From NCBI GenBank assembly GCA_041665365.1, contig JBAYIY010000007.1:11103-75102 (forward strand): a DNA stretch of 64,000 bases, in the 5' to 3' direction. Below are positions 55,499 to 64,000 of this stretch, in pieces. This stretch comes from Patescibacteria group bacterium. GTDB taxonomy: Bacteria > Patescibacteriota > Patescibacteriia > UBA9570. The position numbers and the translations under genes were made by a program. The notes beneath the pieces were generated by a model. It had not been told where the DNA came from, ran no database searches, and saw only the letters and a list, made by a program, of their open reading frames with translations. Positions within the stretch are counted from its first letter, which is position 1. Every line of letters begins with the position of its first letter.

Positions 55499-56785
55499 AT
55501 GAATATTAGTGTTATCGGTACCGGTTATGTTGGTTTGGTCACAGGAGCCTGTTTAGCTGAGGCTGGCCATCAAGTAACTTGTCTGGATATAAATCAGGAA
55601 AAAATCAGTGGTTTACAACGTGGTATTATTCCTATTTTTGAACCTGGTCTTGAAGCAGTTGTACAAAGCAATGTGCAATTAGAACGCTTAAAATTTACGA
55701 CTGATTTAGCTGACGCCATACCGCAAAGTGAAGTTGTCATCATTGCCGTTGGTACGCCATCTGCCCCTGACGGTACAGCTGATTTGCAGTATGTATTTGC
55801 GGCGGCTGAGGGCATTGCCAAGAAAATGCAACGTTACACAGTGATAGTCACAAAATCAACTGTGCCAGTTGGAACGGGCAAAAAAGTTGAAGCGATAATA
55901 AAACAACATTATACCGGAGATTTTGCCTATGCCTCTTGTCCGGAATTTTTGCGCGAAGGCTGCGCCGTGGATGATTTTTTCTCTCCGGATCGAGTAGTAA
56001 TTGGAGTACGTAATGATCAGGCCAGTGCTGTCATGCTCGATATGTTTAAGCCAATTCGCGGGCAGAAAGTTGTTACCACGGTGGAGTCGGCCGAATTGAT
56101 TAAATATGCTTCAAATGCTTTTTTAGCCACGAAGATTTCTTTTATCAACGAAATTGCTCAGGTGTGTGAGCGCATGGGAGCAGACATTGAGGAGGTGGCT
56201 TATGGGGTTGGGTTAGATCACCGGATTGGTCCTAAATTCTTAAAAGCCGGTATTGGTTGGGGTGGGTCATGTTTTCCAAAGGATGTGTCGGCGCTCGGAC
56301 AAATGGCTGGTGCCTCAGGCTATGATTTTAGGTTATTGCAATCGGTTATTGAAGTGAATCATAATCAACGCAAGCATTTTATTGCTCGGGTGCGTGAACA
56401 TATTGGCGAAATAGATCATAAAAAAATTGGTGTATTGGGGTTGGCTTTTAAAGACAATACCGATGATATTCGAGAGTCAGCCGCGATCGATGTGATTCAA
56501 CAGTTAGTAGCCGCCGGTGTTACCGTAACCGCCTTTGATTATCAAGCCACCGAAGCCGCCCGGCGTGTTTTACCTGATACGGTCAAGTTTGCGAGTGACC
56601 CATATGAGGTGGCTGCTCAAGCCGATGCGGTTTTGGTATTAACAGAATGGAAAGAGTTCAAAGAGCTTGATTGGGTAAAGATAAAAGATAGTATGATTCA
56701 ACCGGTGGTGTTTGATGGCCGAAATTTACTCAAACCGAAAACGATGATTGAATTGGGTTTCCATTATTATTCCATTGGTCGATGA
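55499..56785 (+). CDS. ugd: UDP-glucose 6-dehydrogenase
   Basis: MNISVIGTGYVGLVTGACLAEAGHQVTCLD...; GGSCFPKD catalytic Cys motif. Confidence 0.75.
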   Translation: MNISVIGTGYVGLVTGACLAEAGHQVTCLDINQEKISGLQRGIIPIFEPGLEAVVQSNVQLERLKFTTDLADAIPQSEVVIIAVGTPSAPDGTADLQYVFAAAEGIAKKMQRYTVIVTKSTVPVGTGKKVEAIIKQHYTGDFAYASCPEFLREGCAVDDFFSPDRVVIGVRNDQASAVMLDMFKPIRGQKVVTTVESAELIKYASNAFLATKISFINEIAQVCERMGADIEEVAYGVGLDHRIGPKFLKAGIGWGGSCFPKDVSALGQMAGASGYDFRLLQSVIEVNHNQRKHFIARVREHIGEIDHKKIGVLGLAFKDNTDDIRESAAIDVIQQLVAAGVTVTAFDYQATEAARRVLPDTVKFASDPYEVAAQADAVLVLTEWKEFKELDWVKIKDSMIQPVVFDGRNLLKPKTMIELGFHYYSIGR

Positions 56786-57723
56786 AACTCATTGTTACGA
56801 TTCCATGTTATAACGAAGCCGAAAATATTGCGGCTGTTATTCGTGAAATCCCACACTCTATAACTGGTATCGATCAAGTTAATGTTCTTGTGATTGACGA
56901 CGGTTCGAGTGACGGAACGGCCGGAATTGCACGAGCGGCGGGAGCTGAAGTAATTGTAAATACTAAGAATTTGGGTTTAGCGAGAAGTTTTCAGCGGGCG
57001 TTATGGGAAGCAGTTAAAAGAGAGGCGGATATTGTTGTGAATACAGACGGCGATAATCATTATGATCAGTCTAAAATTGGCGATTTAATAGCACCCATTA
57101 TAGCCGGTCAAGCTGATATCGTGATTGGTTCACGCAAATTACTACAAACTAAAAATAAGTTCTTAAACAAAGTGGGCAGTTTGGTTATGACAAAATGGGC
57201 CGGTTTACCAAAATACGATGTATCGACCGGTTTTCGCGCTTATAGTAAAGATGCGGCTCTACGGTTAGGCGTTTATTCCACTCACACTTATGTTCATACT
57301 ACTTTACTCTCTGCCCAAGATCAGGGCTTAACCATGTTAGAGATACCAATTGCCGATCGCATAGTAAAACGTCCGTCACGCTTAATAAAAAGTGTCCCCC
57401 GTCATATTTGGATGGCCGGTTGGAATATAGTACGCAACATTGTCATTTTTAGACCCCTCAGATTTTTTGGCTTAATTGGACTGATTTTGACTATCATTGG
57501 CGCCGTGCCATTGCTGCGCTTTTTTTATCTATATTTAATAAATAAGGGAGATGGGCATTTACAATCAGTGGTGATTGGTACCATGTTTATTTTATTGGGC
57601 TACATTAATGTGGTGTTAGGCTTATTAGGATCATCAATTGGCTGGCATCGAAAAATCACCGAAGAAGTGTTGTACCGTTTGAAAAAAATCGAACTGGATG
57701 ACCATACTCTTCATCACTCGTAA
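56782..57723 (+). CDS. GT2 polyprenyl-phosphate glycosyltransferase (DPM1/GtrB/ArnC-like) with C-terminal TM helices
   Basis: IVTIPCYNEAENI...VIDDGSSDGT...DGDNHYD. Confidence 0.65.
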   Translation: MKLIVTIPCYNEAENIAAVIREIPHSITGIDQVNVLVIDDGSSDGTAGIARAAGAEVIVNTKNLGLARSFQRALWEAVKREADIVVNTDGDNHYDQSKIGDLIAPIIAGQADIVIGSRKLLQTKNKFLNKVGSLVMTKWAGLPKYDVSTGFRAYSKDAALRLGVYSTHTYVHTTLLSAQDQGLTMLEIPIADRIVKRPSRLIKSVPRHIWMAGWNIVRNIVIFRPLRFFGLIGLILTIIGAVPLLRFFYLYLINKGDGHLQSVVIGTMFILLGYINVVLGLLGSSIGWHRKITEEVLYRLKKIELDDHTLHHS

Positions 57724-58651
57724 ATATCCACCGTCGATCGGAGGCATGCAGACTTTTAGTGCCGGTTTTGTAGCGGCTTTTAAAACTGACTGTACTTTGG
57801 TTTATAAAAAATTCTGGCGCTCCTTTTGGTTATATAAAAATCATGATGTTATTCATTTAGGTGATGGCGTGTTAGCGGGTTTGGGAGTTATCTTAAAATG
57901 GTATACAAAAAAACCTGTCACGATTACGGTGCATGGTCTAGATGTGACTTATCGCAAGTGGTTTTATCAAGCATATATTAAATACTGTCTACCAAAATTA
58001 GATGGCATTATGGCTGTTAGTCCGGCCACGAAACAAGCGGTTCAAACTATTTTTCCCAAATGTCAGGTAACAGTGATACCGAACGGTTTAAATATGGCAG
58101 ACTGGCCAAGGGGTGATGCACCAAGAAATAATCATTTATTATTTGTGGGCAGATTAGTGCCTCGAAAAGGCTGTGCCTGGTTTGTACAAAATGTGTTCCC
58201 GAAATTACCGGATAATATTATTTTAGATGTAATCGGGGACGGAGAAGAATATGAAAAATTGGTAAACATTGATCGTGTAAAATTACACGGACAGGTAAAT
58301 GATGAAACTTTAAAAAAGTTTTATAGAGAATCGGCCATGTTGCTAATGCCTAATTTGGTGGTACCGGGAAACATGGAGGGTTTTGGGATAGTGGCCATTG
58401 AAGCCGGAGTTTGTGGATTACCTGTGCTGGCTGCCAAACTGGAAGGAATGGAGTCAATTATTATTGACGGAACCACTGGTTTTTTGGTAGACTCGGGTGA
58501 CGTGGCAGCGTGGCTAGAAAAAATAAAGGCTTTACAACAAAAGCCTTTAACTAGTGTGGTGATTCAAAATGAAATAGTAAAAAGATATAATTGGGATAAT
58601 GTTAAGCAACAATATTTAAAGATATTTTATGGCCTCAATACAAATAAATGA
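57698..58651 (+). CDS. GT-B fold glycosyltransferase (GT4-like)
   Basis: ...EGFGIVAIEAGVCGLPVLAAKLEGMESIIIDGTTGFLV. Confidence 0.5.
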   Translation: MTILFITRKYPPSIGGMQTFSAGFVAAFKTDCTLVYKKFWRSFWLYKNHDVIHLGDGVLAGLGVILKWYTKKPVTITVHGLDVTYRKWFYQAYIKYCLPKLDGIMAVSPATKQAVQTIFPKCQVTVIPNGLNMADWPRGDAPRNNHLLFVGRLVPRKGCAWFVQNVFPKLPDNIILDVIGDGEEYEKLVNIDRVKLHGQVNDETLKKFYRESAMLLMPNLVVPGNMEGFGIVAIEAGVCGLPVLAAKLEGMESIIIDGTTGFLVDSGDVAAWLEKIKALQQKPLTSVVIQNEIVKRYNWDNVKQQYLKIFYGLNTNK

Positions 58652-58853
58652 TCAGTTACTGGCTGACTTACAAAAGATTGTGTCCGCTAGCCAAGAATTC
58701 AAAAGTGTTGATGAATATGTTGGTTATATTTTAGGGCAAGTAGTTGAGAAAAAATCCCGTCAAGCCAGTAGTACAGCTCCTGTGACACAATATTCAAAAG
58801 CCGATGAGGATAAAATTAGAGAGCGCTTAAAGAATTTGGGTTACCTCGACTAG
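58629..58853 (+). CDS. small hypothetical protein (74 aa)
   Basis: ORF overlaps the upstream gene's end by 23 nt; no motifs. Confidence 0.3.
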   Translation: MASIQINDQLLADLQKIVSASQEFKSVDEYVGYILGQVVEKKSRQASSTAPVTQYSKADEDKIRERLKNLGYLD

Positions 58854-58867
58854 CTCGGTATAAATAT

Positions 58868-59878
58868 ATGGATATTTTTGGGGATATTGGTGGACGCACA
58901 AACGGGGTGGTGATCCATCATTGGGATACTGATGGTTTAGTATCGGCCGCTCTATTGCGCAATTACTTTCAACAACACTATCCAGAAAAAAAACTGGCTT
59001 TGTTCACGCCGATTATCACAAACTATTATTTAACGAGCGATCAATACGATTATTTGCAACAACAGGGCTATGAATTTATTATCACCTGTGATTTGAATTT
59101 CCCCAGTACGACAGTGCAAAATTTAGCGCAGCGTTGGCCGGGGCAAGTGTATTTTTTTGATCATCATCACCATCCGGCACCACATGATAATGTACATTAT
59201 TATAACGCCGAACATCCGGCGTGTGCATCGCATATCGCCGAGCGTTTACACTTACCGTACGATATTTTGCCGGTTATTGCCATGGTGGGTGATCGGGAAG
59301 ATGGCATTCAGCAAGATAAGTTATATTACCCTTATGTGCAGGCGGTGCTGGGCGAATATAATTTAACGTTTGGTCAATTACTGGAGGCCAGACGATTAAT
59401 TGATTCTAATTACATCGCCGATGATTATACGGGTATTACTGAGACGGTTCAATTATTGCAAGATGATCCGATGTCGATTTTTAGCGATCTTAGATTAAAG
59501 GATAATTTAACCAAAATTGATGAAGAGATGACTCGCCTTATAGTATTATCCGGGCAAGAATTATCTGCCGGTGTTATGTATTGGGAAATTAATACGCATT
59601 TTAATTTGTTGTCACATATTACTCGGGCTTTATCCCGCCAGTACCCTGATAAAATTATTGTCACTAGACAACTAAAAAATAATCAGCATAATTGTTATGT
59701 GCGGAGTCGCTTAAATAACTTTGACGCTCGTCCATTAATTGCTTTAGCTCATGAATTGGGCTTAAATAGCGGCGGTAAACCGGAAGTAGCTGGGATTATT
59801 ATACCACCAGAGCAATTAGATACTGTCTTTCCAAAAATACAAAGCTACCTGGTCTCAACTTATGGCCAGCCACATTAA
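58868..59878 (+). CDS. DHH/DHHA1-family phosphoesterase (NrnA-like; candidate pAp phosphatase / oligoribonuclease)
   Basis: [17 protein letters not shown] (DxD motif), FFDHHHHP (DHH motif), [10 protein letters not shown] (GGGH-like DHHA1). Confidence 0.55.
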   Translation: MDIFGDIGGRTNGVVIHHWDTDGLVSAALLRNYFQQHYPEKKLALFTPIITNYYLTSDQYDYLQQQGYEFIITCDLNFPSTTVQNLAQRWPGQVYFFDHHHHPAPHDNVHYYNAEHPACASHIAERLHLPYDILPVIAMVGDREDGIQQDKLYYPYVQAVLGEYNLTFGQLLEARRLIDSNYIADDYTGITETVQLLQDDPMSIFSDLRLKDNLTKIDEEMTRLIVLSGQELSAGVMYWEINTHFNLLSHITRALSRQYPDKIIVTRQLKNNQHNCYVRSRLNNFDARPLIALAHELGLNSGGKPEVAGIIIPPEQLDTVFPKIQSYLVSTYGQPH

Positions 59879-60419
59879 ATGGCACGGCGGTACAGTGCAG
59901 CGTTCACATGGCCGTATTATTTGGTTAACCGGATTATCTGGCTCAGGGAAATCCACATTGGCGGTTGCTCTGGAACAACATTTATTTGATCAGGGCAAAC
60001 TAGTTTATCGTTTAGACGGTGATAATATCAGACACGGTTTAAATAAAGATTTGGGTTTTAGTGCAGCTGACCGTGTAGAAAATATTCGGAGAATAGGTGA
60101 AGTGAGTAAATTATTTGTCGCTGCCGGAGTAACAGTTATTACAGCCTTTATTTCACCCTATCAGGCTGACCGTGACTTAGTAAGGCAACTAGTAAAGCCT
60201 GGAGAGTTTATTGAAGTATTTGTGAATTGCCCATTAGAAATTTGTGAACAACGTGATGTGAAGGGTTTATATGCCCAAGCCAGGGCCGGTGAAATTAAAG
60301 ATTTTACCGGTGTGAATGCACCTTATGAGGTGCCAACTCACCCTGAAGTAGTTATCAATACTGAAAAACAATCCATCGATCAAGCTCTCCAGCAACTCGT
60401 GCTATGTTTAAATATATAG
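59862..60419 (+). CDS. cysC: adenylyl-sulfate (APS) kinase
   Basis: [19 protein letters not shown]-loop, [18 protein letters not shown], ...AFISPY; 185 aa. Confidence 0.85.
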   Translation: MASHIKWHGGTVQRSHGRIIWLTGLSGSGKSTLAVALEQHLFDQGKLVYRLDGDNIRHGLNKDLGFSAADRVENIRRIGEVSKLFVAAGVTVITAFISPYQADRDLVRQLVKPGEFIEVFVNCPLEICEQRDVKGLYAQARAGEIKDFTGVNAPYEVPTHPEVVINTEKQSIDQALQQLVLCLNI

Positions 60420-62053
60420 ACGCTATTATTATTTTAGGGTTGTTAGTTATAAGTGGTCTTTGGTTTGGCTGGCATCATGCTTATGGAGCCTATGGTGATG
60501 ACGCACCGGGTTATATATATTTAGCTCATGACATGCTCACTGGTGGAGATTTAGTTAAACAGGATCCGCTAGTTAAACAAGCCTTAGATTGGTTCGGTGC
60601 TGAACCATTGGCTCGGTTTGTGGCGCCAGCTCATTATGAAATAATTTCACCAATTGGCTGGACTGCATCTCGTTATCCGATTGGATTGAGTTTGTTGATG
60701 GCGGGAGCGGCACTAATAACAGGAAATGTTTTGGCGATGTATTGGGTAGTACCGCTTTCGGCCATGAGTGTAGTAATACTAACTTACTTAATCAGTTTGA
60801 AACTGTTCAACTTATCTGAGCCATGGAAAAGATTAGTTGGTTTAGGTAGTGCCGTAGTTGTTTTGGGTTGCGGCCTATTTGCCCAATATGCGGCGGCGCA
60901 ACCCATGCGTGAGATACCCTCGATGGTCTTTTTTATGTTAGCCTTTTACTTAATATTATTATCAAAAAAATGGTACGTTGTTTTGTTGGCCGGTCTGAGT
61001 ATGGCTCTAAGTTTAGGGATTAGGGAGACAAGTATTATATTGTTAATCCCTCTGGTTCTAACAGTATTTATGTTTAATAAAAAGAACTGGAAAGTAGTAG
61101 GAGTTTGTTTAATGGGAATAATATTAGGGTATAGTATTTTTTTAGTGCAAGCGGTTGATATTACACTGCATAAAGAAAAATTTCGTGATAAAGATGTTAC
61201 CCGAATTGCCATCACTTCAAATATTGATCATATTCAATCATTGGCTATTCATAATTTATGGAACAATCAGGGTAAATTTAAACCGGGGGTAGGTGGCCTA
61301 AAACAATATTGGGAAGTAACGCAACAGTTTAGCGCTTGGCCATTATTTATAATCTTTATTATCGTTGGGGCGGTTTATCTATGGAAGAAACAGCGGGCAG
61401 AATTTTGGGTGCTGCTTAGTTGGGTGAGTGGGATAATATTATTATTCGGCATGTGGATAAACCCATATCCGAGATATATCCTGCCGATTCTGCCGGTGTT
61501 GGGTTGGCTTAGTCTAGTTGGATTATTTTACAGTCATGAATTATTTGTTAAACTATTAAAAATACAGAAGACTATTAGTGTTTTTATTCTGGTTTTATTG
61601 GGATTATCTTTTGTTTTATCATATCAACCGATCTATGCTGCTCAACAAACACGCCTACAAACCGGTGCGCCGCTTGACCGCGAGTTAACCTATGATGATT
61701 TGATAAATATTCAAACGGCTATAACAACAGTGCAGACTGATGCTGGCACAACTGGTAAGACACCATTATTATTAATGTTGGGTGCAACCAAAGGCGGTCT
61801 ATCCGAAACGATTATGAGCCATACCACCATTAAGGTGATTCGTTTTCCGAGTAAAGATAAAGAGCAACCCCCATTAGAGCAACTCACATCCTTTATTAGT
61901 CAGTTACAAGAGACATATACGATCTATTTATGGTATGATGCCAGTGTTAGTGCACAGGAACAAAGGTTTTATAATCAATATGTGGTGCGTCCTGTAACAA
62001 CCACTACTACTTCATTTCAACCAAATATTAGTATCTATGCCATTACCGAATAA
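60404..62053 (+). CDS. polytopic membrane protein, GT-C-fold (ArnT/PMT-like) glycosyltransferase candidate
   Basis: 549 aa, more than 10 TM helices, N-terminal periplasmic loop with conserved acidic residues; context with GtrA and a DPM1-like GT2. Confidence 0.4.
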   Translation: MFKYIDAIIILGLLVISGLWFGWHHAYGAYGDDAPGYIYLAHDMLTGGDLVKQDPLVKQALDWFGAEPLARFVAPAHYEIISPIGWTASRYPIGLSLLMAGAALITGNVLAMYWVVPLSAMSVVILTYLISLKLFNLSEPWKRLVGLGSAVVVLGCGLFAQYAAAQPMREIPSMVFFMLAFYLILLSKKWYVVLLAGLSMALSLGIRETSIILLIPLVLTVFMFNKKNWKVVGVCLMGIILGYSIFLVQAVDITLHKEKFRDKDVTRIAITSNIDHIQSLAIHNLWNNQGKFKPGVGGLKQYWEVTQQFSAWPLFIIFIIVGAVYLWKKQRAEFWVLLSWVSGIILLFGMWINPYPRYILPILPVLGWLSLVGLFYSHELFVKLLKIQKTISVFILVLLGLSFVLSYQPIYAAQQTRLQTGAPLDRELTYDDLINIQTAITTVQTDAGTTGKTPLLLMLGATKGGLSETIMSHTTIKVIRFPSKDKEQPPLEQLTSFISQLQETYTIYLWYDASVSAQEQRFYNQYVVRPVTTTTTSFQPNISIYAITE

Positions 62054-62714
62054 AATTAGTGATATTAATGCTTATCAACAACCACATGATAGTATTTTTA
62101 GTCGTTTAATCTATCGCAAGATTTCAAAGGTTTTAACCTTTTACATGGTGCGTTATATTCCTGGTATTGCGGCACCGGATGTGACGATCATTTCATTTAT
62201 CTTCGGTTTGATTGGAGCCGTTGGCTTAATGTATCCTGCGTGGTGGGCGCGTATTTTAGCTTTTATCTGTATACAATTATCATTTTCTTTTGATTGTTCA
62301 GATGGGGAAGTGGCGCGTATGTTGGGACGGGGCAGTAAGTTCGGCATTTGGTTTGATAGTATATCTGACCGCACTAAAGAAATTTTATGGTTTTTTGCTA
62401 TCGCGTGGCAATACCAACATGCTTACCCCCAGGTGTGGTACTTAGCCGGTGGTGCGGCGATTGGTAATTTACTAGTGGGGTATTTACGGGAAGCCAAAAA
62501 GAGTATTTTCTTGGAACAACGCAAACCAGAAATAATATTAAAATCCGGTCTGCATATTGGTACGGTTGATGTTATCACTGTATTGCTCTCCTGGGGCGCA
62601 ATTTTTGGTCTGAGTTATTATGTATTATGGATTGTATTATTACCTACGCCCTTATTGTTGCTTAAGCAAATAGTGAGCACCTATCGGCAATCGCCGAAGC
62701 CAAACCGTCAATAA
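62037..62714 (+). CDS. CDP-alcohol phosphatidyltransferase-family enzyme
   Basis: FDCSDGEVARMLGRGSKFGIWFDSISDR matches D-x2-D-G-x2-A-R...G...D-x3-D. Confidence 0.55.
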   Translation: MPLPNKISDINAYQQPHDSIFSRLIYRKISKVLTFYMVRYIPGIAAPDVTIISFIFGLIGAVGLMYPAWWARILAFICIQLSFSFDCSDGEVARMLGRGSKFGIWFDSISDRTKEILWFFAIAWQYQHAYPQVWYLAGGAAIGNLLVGYLREAKKSIFLEQRKPEIILKSGLHIGTVDVITVLLSWGAIFGLSYYVLWIVLLPTPLLLLKQIVSTYRQSPKPNRQ

Positions 62715-63986
62715 CGCGCCATAACACAGGAGCCCCAGGCTTGATACTGCCACACAAGTGATCAGAGTCATTGGTTTGGTGGTGGAAAAACCAATCCACC
62801 AGGGTTTACTGAACCATAAAGTTAAACCAACTAAACCACCACTGATGATAGATGGTACGACAGGTTTAAAACTCGCCCAGAGTGGTGCTTGAATGATGCG
62901 ACGGGAAATAACAAAAAATATACCCTGGGAAAATAATTCAATGATAAAACTCGCGATCGCTCCACCCAGAAAACTAAACCACGGCATCAAAATTAAATCC
63001 AAAACAACATTACCAACTACGGCTACACCTTCTTGTTTAGTTCTGAGTGGCTGATTTTCAGTCGTTGCAAAAATTTGGCTGGATGTTATGCCGATAAACC
63101 GGACAATAAAAAAAGCCCCAAATAACATCAAAGCTGGAATGGCATTCCAGAAGGCCGGTTTGTACAAAATGTGCATGATCAAATCAGCTTGAGTAATTAT
63201 TAACACACCGATAATAATACCAGCTGAACTCATATATTCAGTGGAGCGGCTAACAATTTTACGGTATTTGTCTAATTGATCAGGGTAGGCCGCGTATAAA
63301 TAAGGTGTGATCACTTGCAAGCCAATGCGATGAAACACAAGAAAAAAAACGACGATGCGCGATGAGGCACCGTAGCGGGCAATGTCACCATCGGCGATAT
63401 TGGCCCAGCCGGTAATTTGGAAAACCCGCAGCACCCATTTATCAACCTCAAAATATACTGTCATTATTAAAGCCTGCATGGCAAACCACACGCCCTCTCG
63501 AATCATGGGTTTAGCCAGAGCCCAATCTAGGGTTGGGCGTACTAAATGGAATGAGTTGAGTAAATAAATCACCATGAAAAATATGGTGGTGAGGGTATAC
63601 CAGCCGGCTATAATGTATGCGCCCAAGGTAATGTCAGTAATCAGGTATGTAATTAATACAATCCCCAAAAGTTTACTTAAACCATCGAGCACTTCAAGGT
63701 AGGTAATTTTTTCGTGGCTATGTTTACTGCGAAAAATTGACCGAATCGGCACACGATATTGAATGGCGGCTTGGTTAAGACCCAGTATCGCCATTAGCCA
63801 AAACAACACGGTTAAACCATTAAACAAAGCATATCCACCCAATATCACCACAAAGATTAACATCCAAGCTATAGTTTCTATAGTGAGGGCAGTACCATAG
63901 TGGCGTTCACTGGTGTGTTTCATTAGCACCATGCTCATACCTACCTCACTGGCGATCATCACGATACTAACAATGGAGCTGGCCAA
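62652..63986 (-). CDS. Wzx-like oligosaccharide flippase (MOP-superfamily polysaccharide biosynthesis protein)
   Basis: 444 aa, about 12 TM helices; position at the edge of the glycan cluster. Confidence 0.5.
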   Translation of the reverse strand: MASSIVSIVMIASEVGMSMVLMKHTSERHYGTALTIETIAWMLIFVVILGGYALFNGLTVLFWLMAILGLNQAAIQYRVPIRSIFRSKHSHEKITYLEVLDGLSKLLGIVLITYLITDITLGAYIIAGWYTLTTIFFMVIYLLNSFHLVRPTLDWALAKPMIREGVWFAMQALIMTVYFEVDKWVLRVFQITGWANIADGDIARYGASSRIVVFFLVFHRIGLQVITPYLYAAYPDQLDKYRKIVSRSTEYMSSAGIIIGVLIITQADLIMHILYKPAFWNAIPALMLFGAFFIVRFIGITSSQIFATTENQPLRTKQEGVAVVGNVVLDLILMPWFSFLGGAIASFIIELFSQGIFFVISRRIIQAPLWASFKPVVPSIISGGLVGLTLWFSKPWWIGFSTTKPMTLITCVAVSSLGLLCYGALLTVWLRRLPIGAHYLLKQQ

Positions 63987-64000
63987 ATCAAACGAATCGG

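Overview
Low-GC (about 40% by eye) bacterial chromosome segment, gene-dense on both strands. Gene content and order are compatible with a small-genome, Patescibacteria-like or symbiont-like organism, but I cannot place it taxonomically from sequence alone. No rRNA genes and no CRISPR array are present.

Readily recognisable housekeeping genes:
- typA/bipA
- sufC-sufB-sufD-sufS-sufU
- proA, proC and proB (in that order on the minus strand)
- uppP, a manC-like gene, mltG
- rplJ-rplL, rpmB, a ribH-like gene, an RsmB-family methyltransferase
- one tRNA-Trp(CCA)

The right-hand third (about 44.5 to 64 kb) is a large envelope-glycan cluster:
- an O-antigen-ligase-like gene
- several GT4 and GT2 glycosyltransferases
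- GtrA, plus a DPM1-like GT2 and a GT-C membrane glycosyltransferase
- Ugd and UXS, the UDP-xylose branch
- an APS kinase next to a DHH/DHHA1 phosphoesterase
- a CDP-alcohol phosphatidyltransferase and a Wzx-like flippase

Unusual parts:
1. Three strongly GC-rich genes (judged by eye at roughly 65 to 70% GC) encode secreted or lipoprotein/OMP-like proteins at 40761-42236(+), 43054-43839(+) and 46104-47159(-). They are interleaved with native low-GC genes. Two of them are each preceded by a duplicated, mosaic leader module of about 500 bp that itself contains native dispersed repeats.
2. At least three families of dispersed hairpin or MITE-like repeats occur: a CCCCCTTGCAGGGGG family with terminal inverted repeats, a CCCTCCTA..TAGGAGGG / CCCTTCCTACAATAGGAAGGG family, and a GTAGAGACGTGCC..GGCACGTCTCTAC palindrome family. 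One copy of the second family has fused onto the 3' end of sufC.
3. A co-directional block of very large hypothetical proteins (1451 aa with a UbiB/ABC1-type kinase-like domain, 709 aa, 221 aa) includes a single in-frame TAA separating the 221-aa and 709-aa ORFs.
4. A duplicated 110-120 bp segment next to tRNA-Trp brackets a single secreted-protein gene.
5. An intact Phd/YefM-like antitoxin sits next to a decayed RelE/ParE-like toxin.

All functional calls come from motif recognition by eye. No database search was possible.
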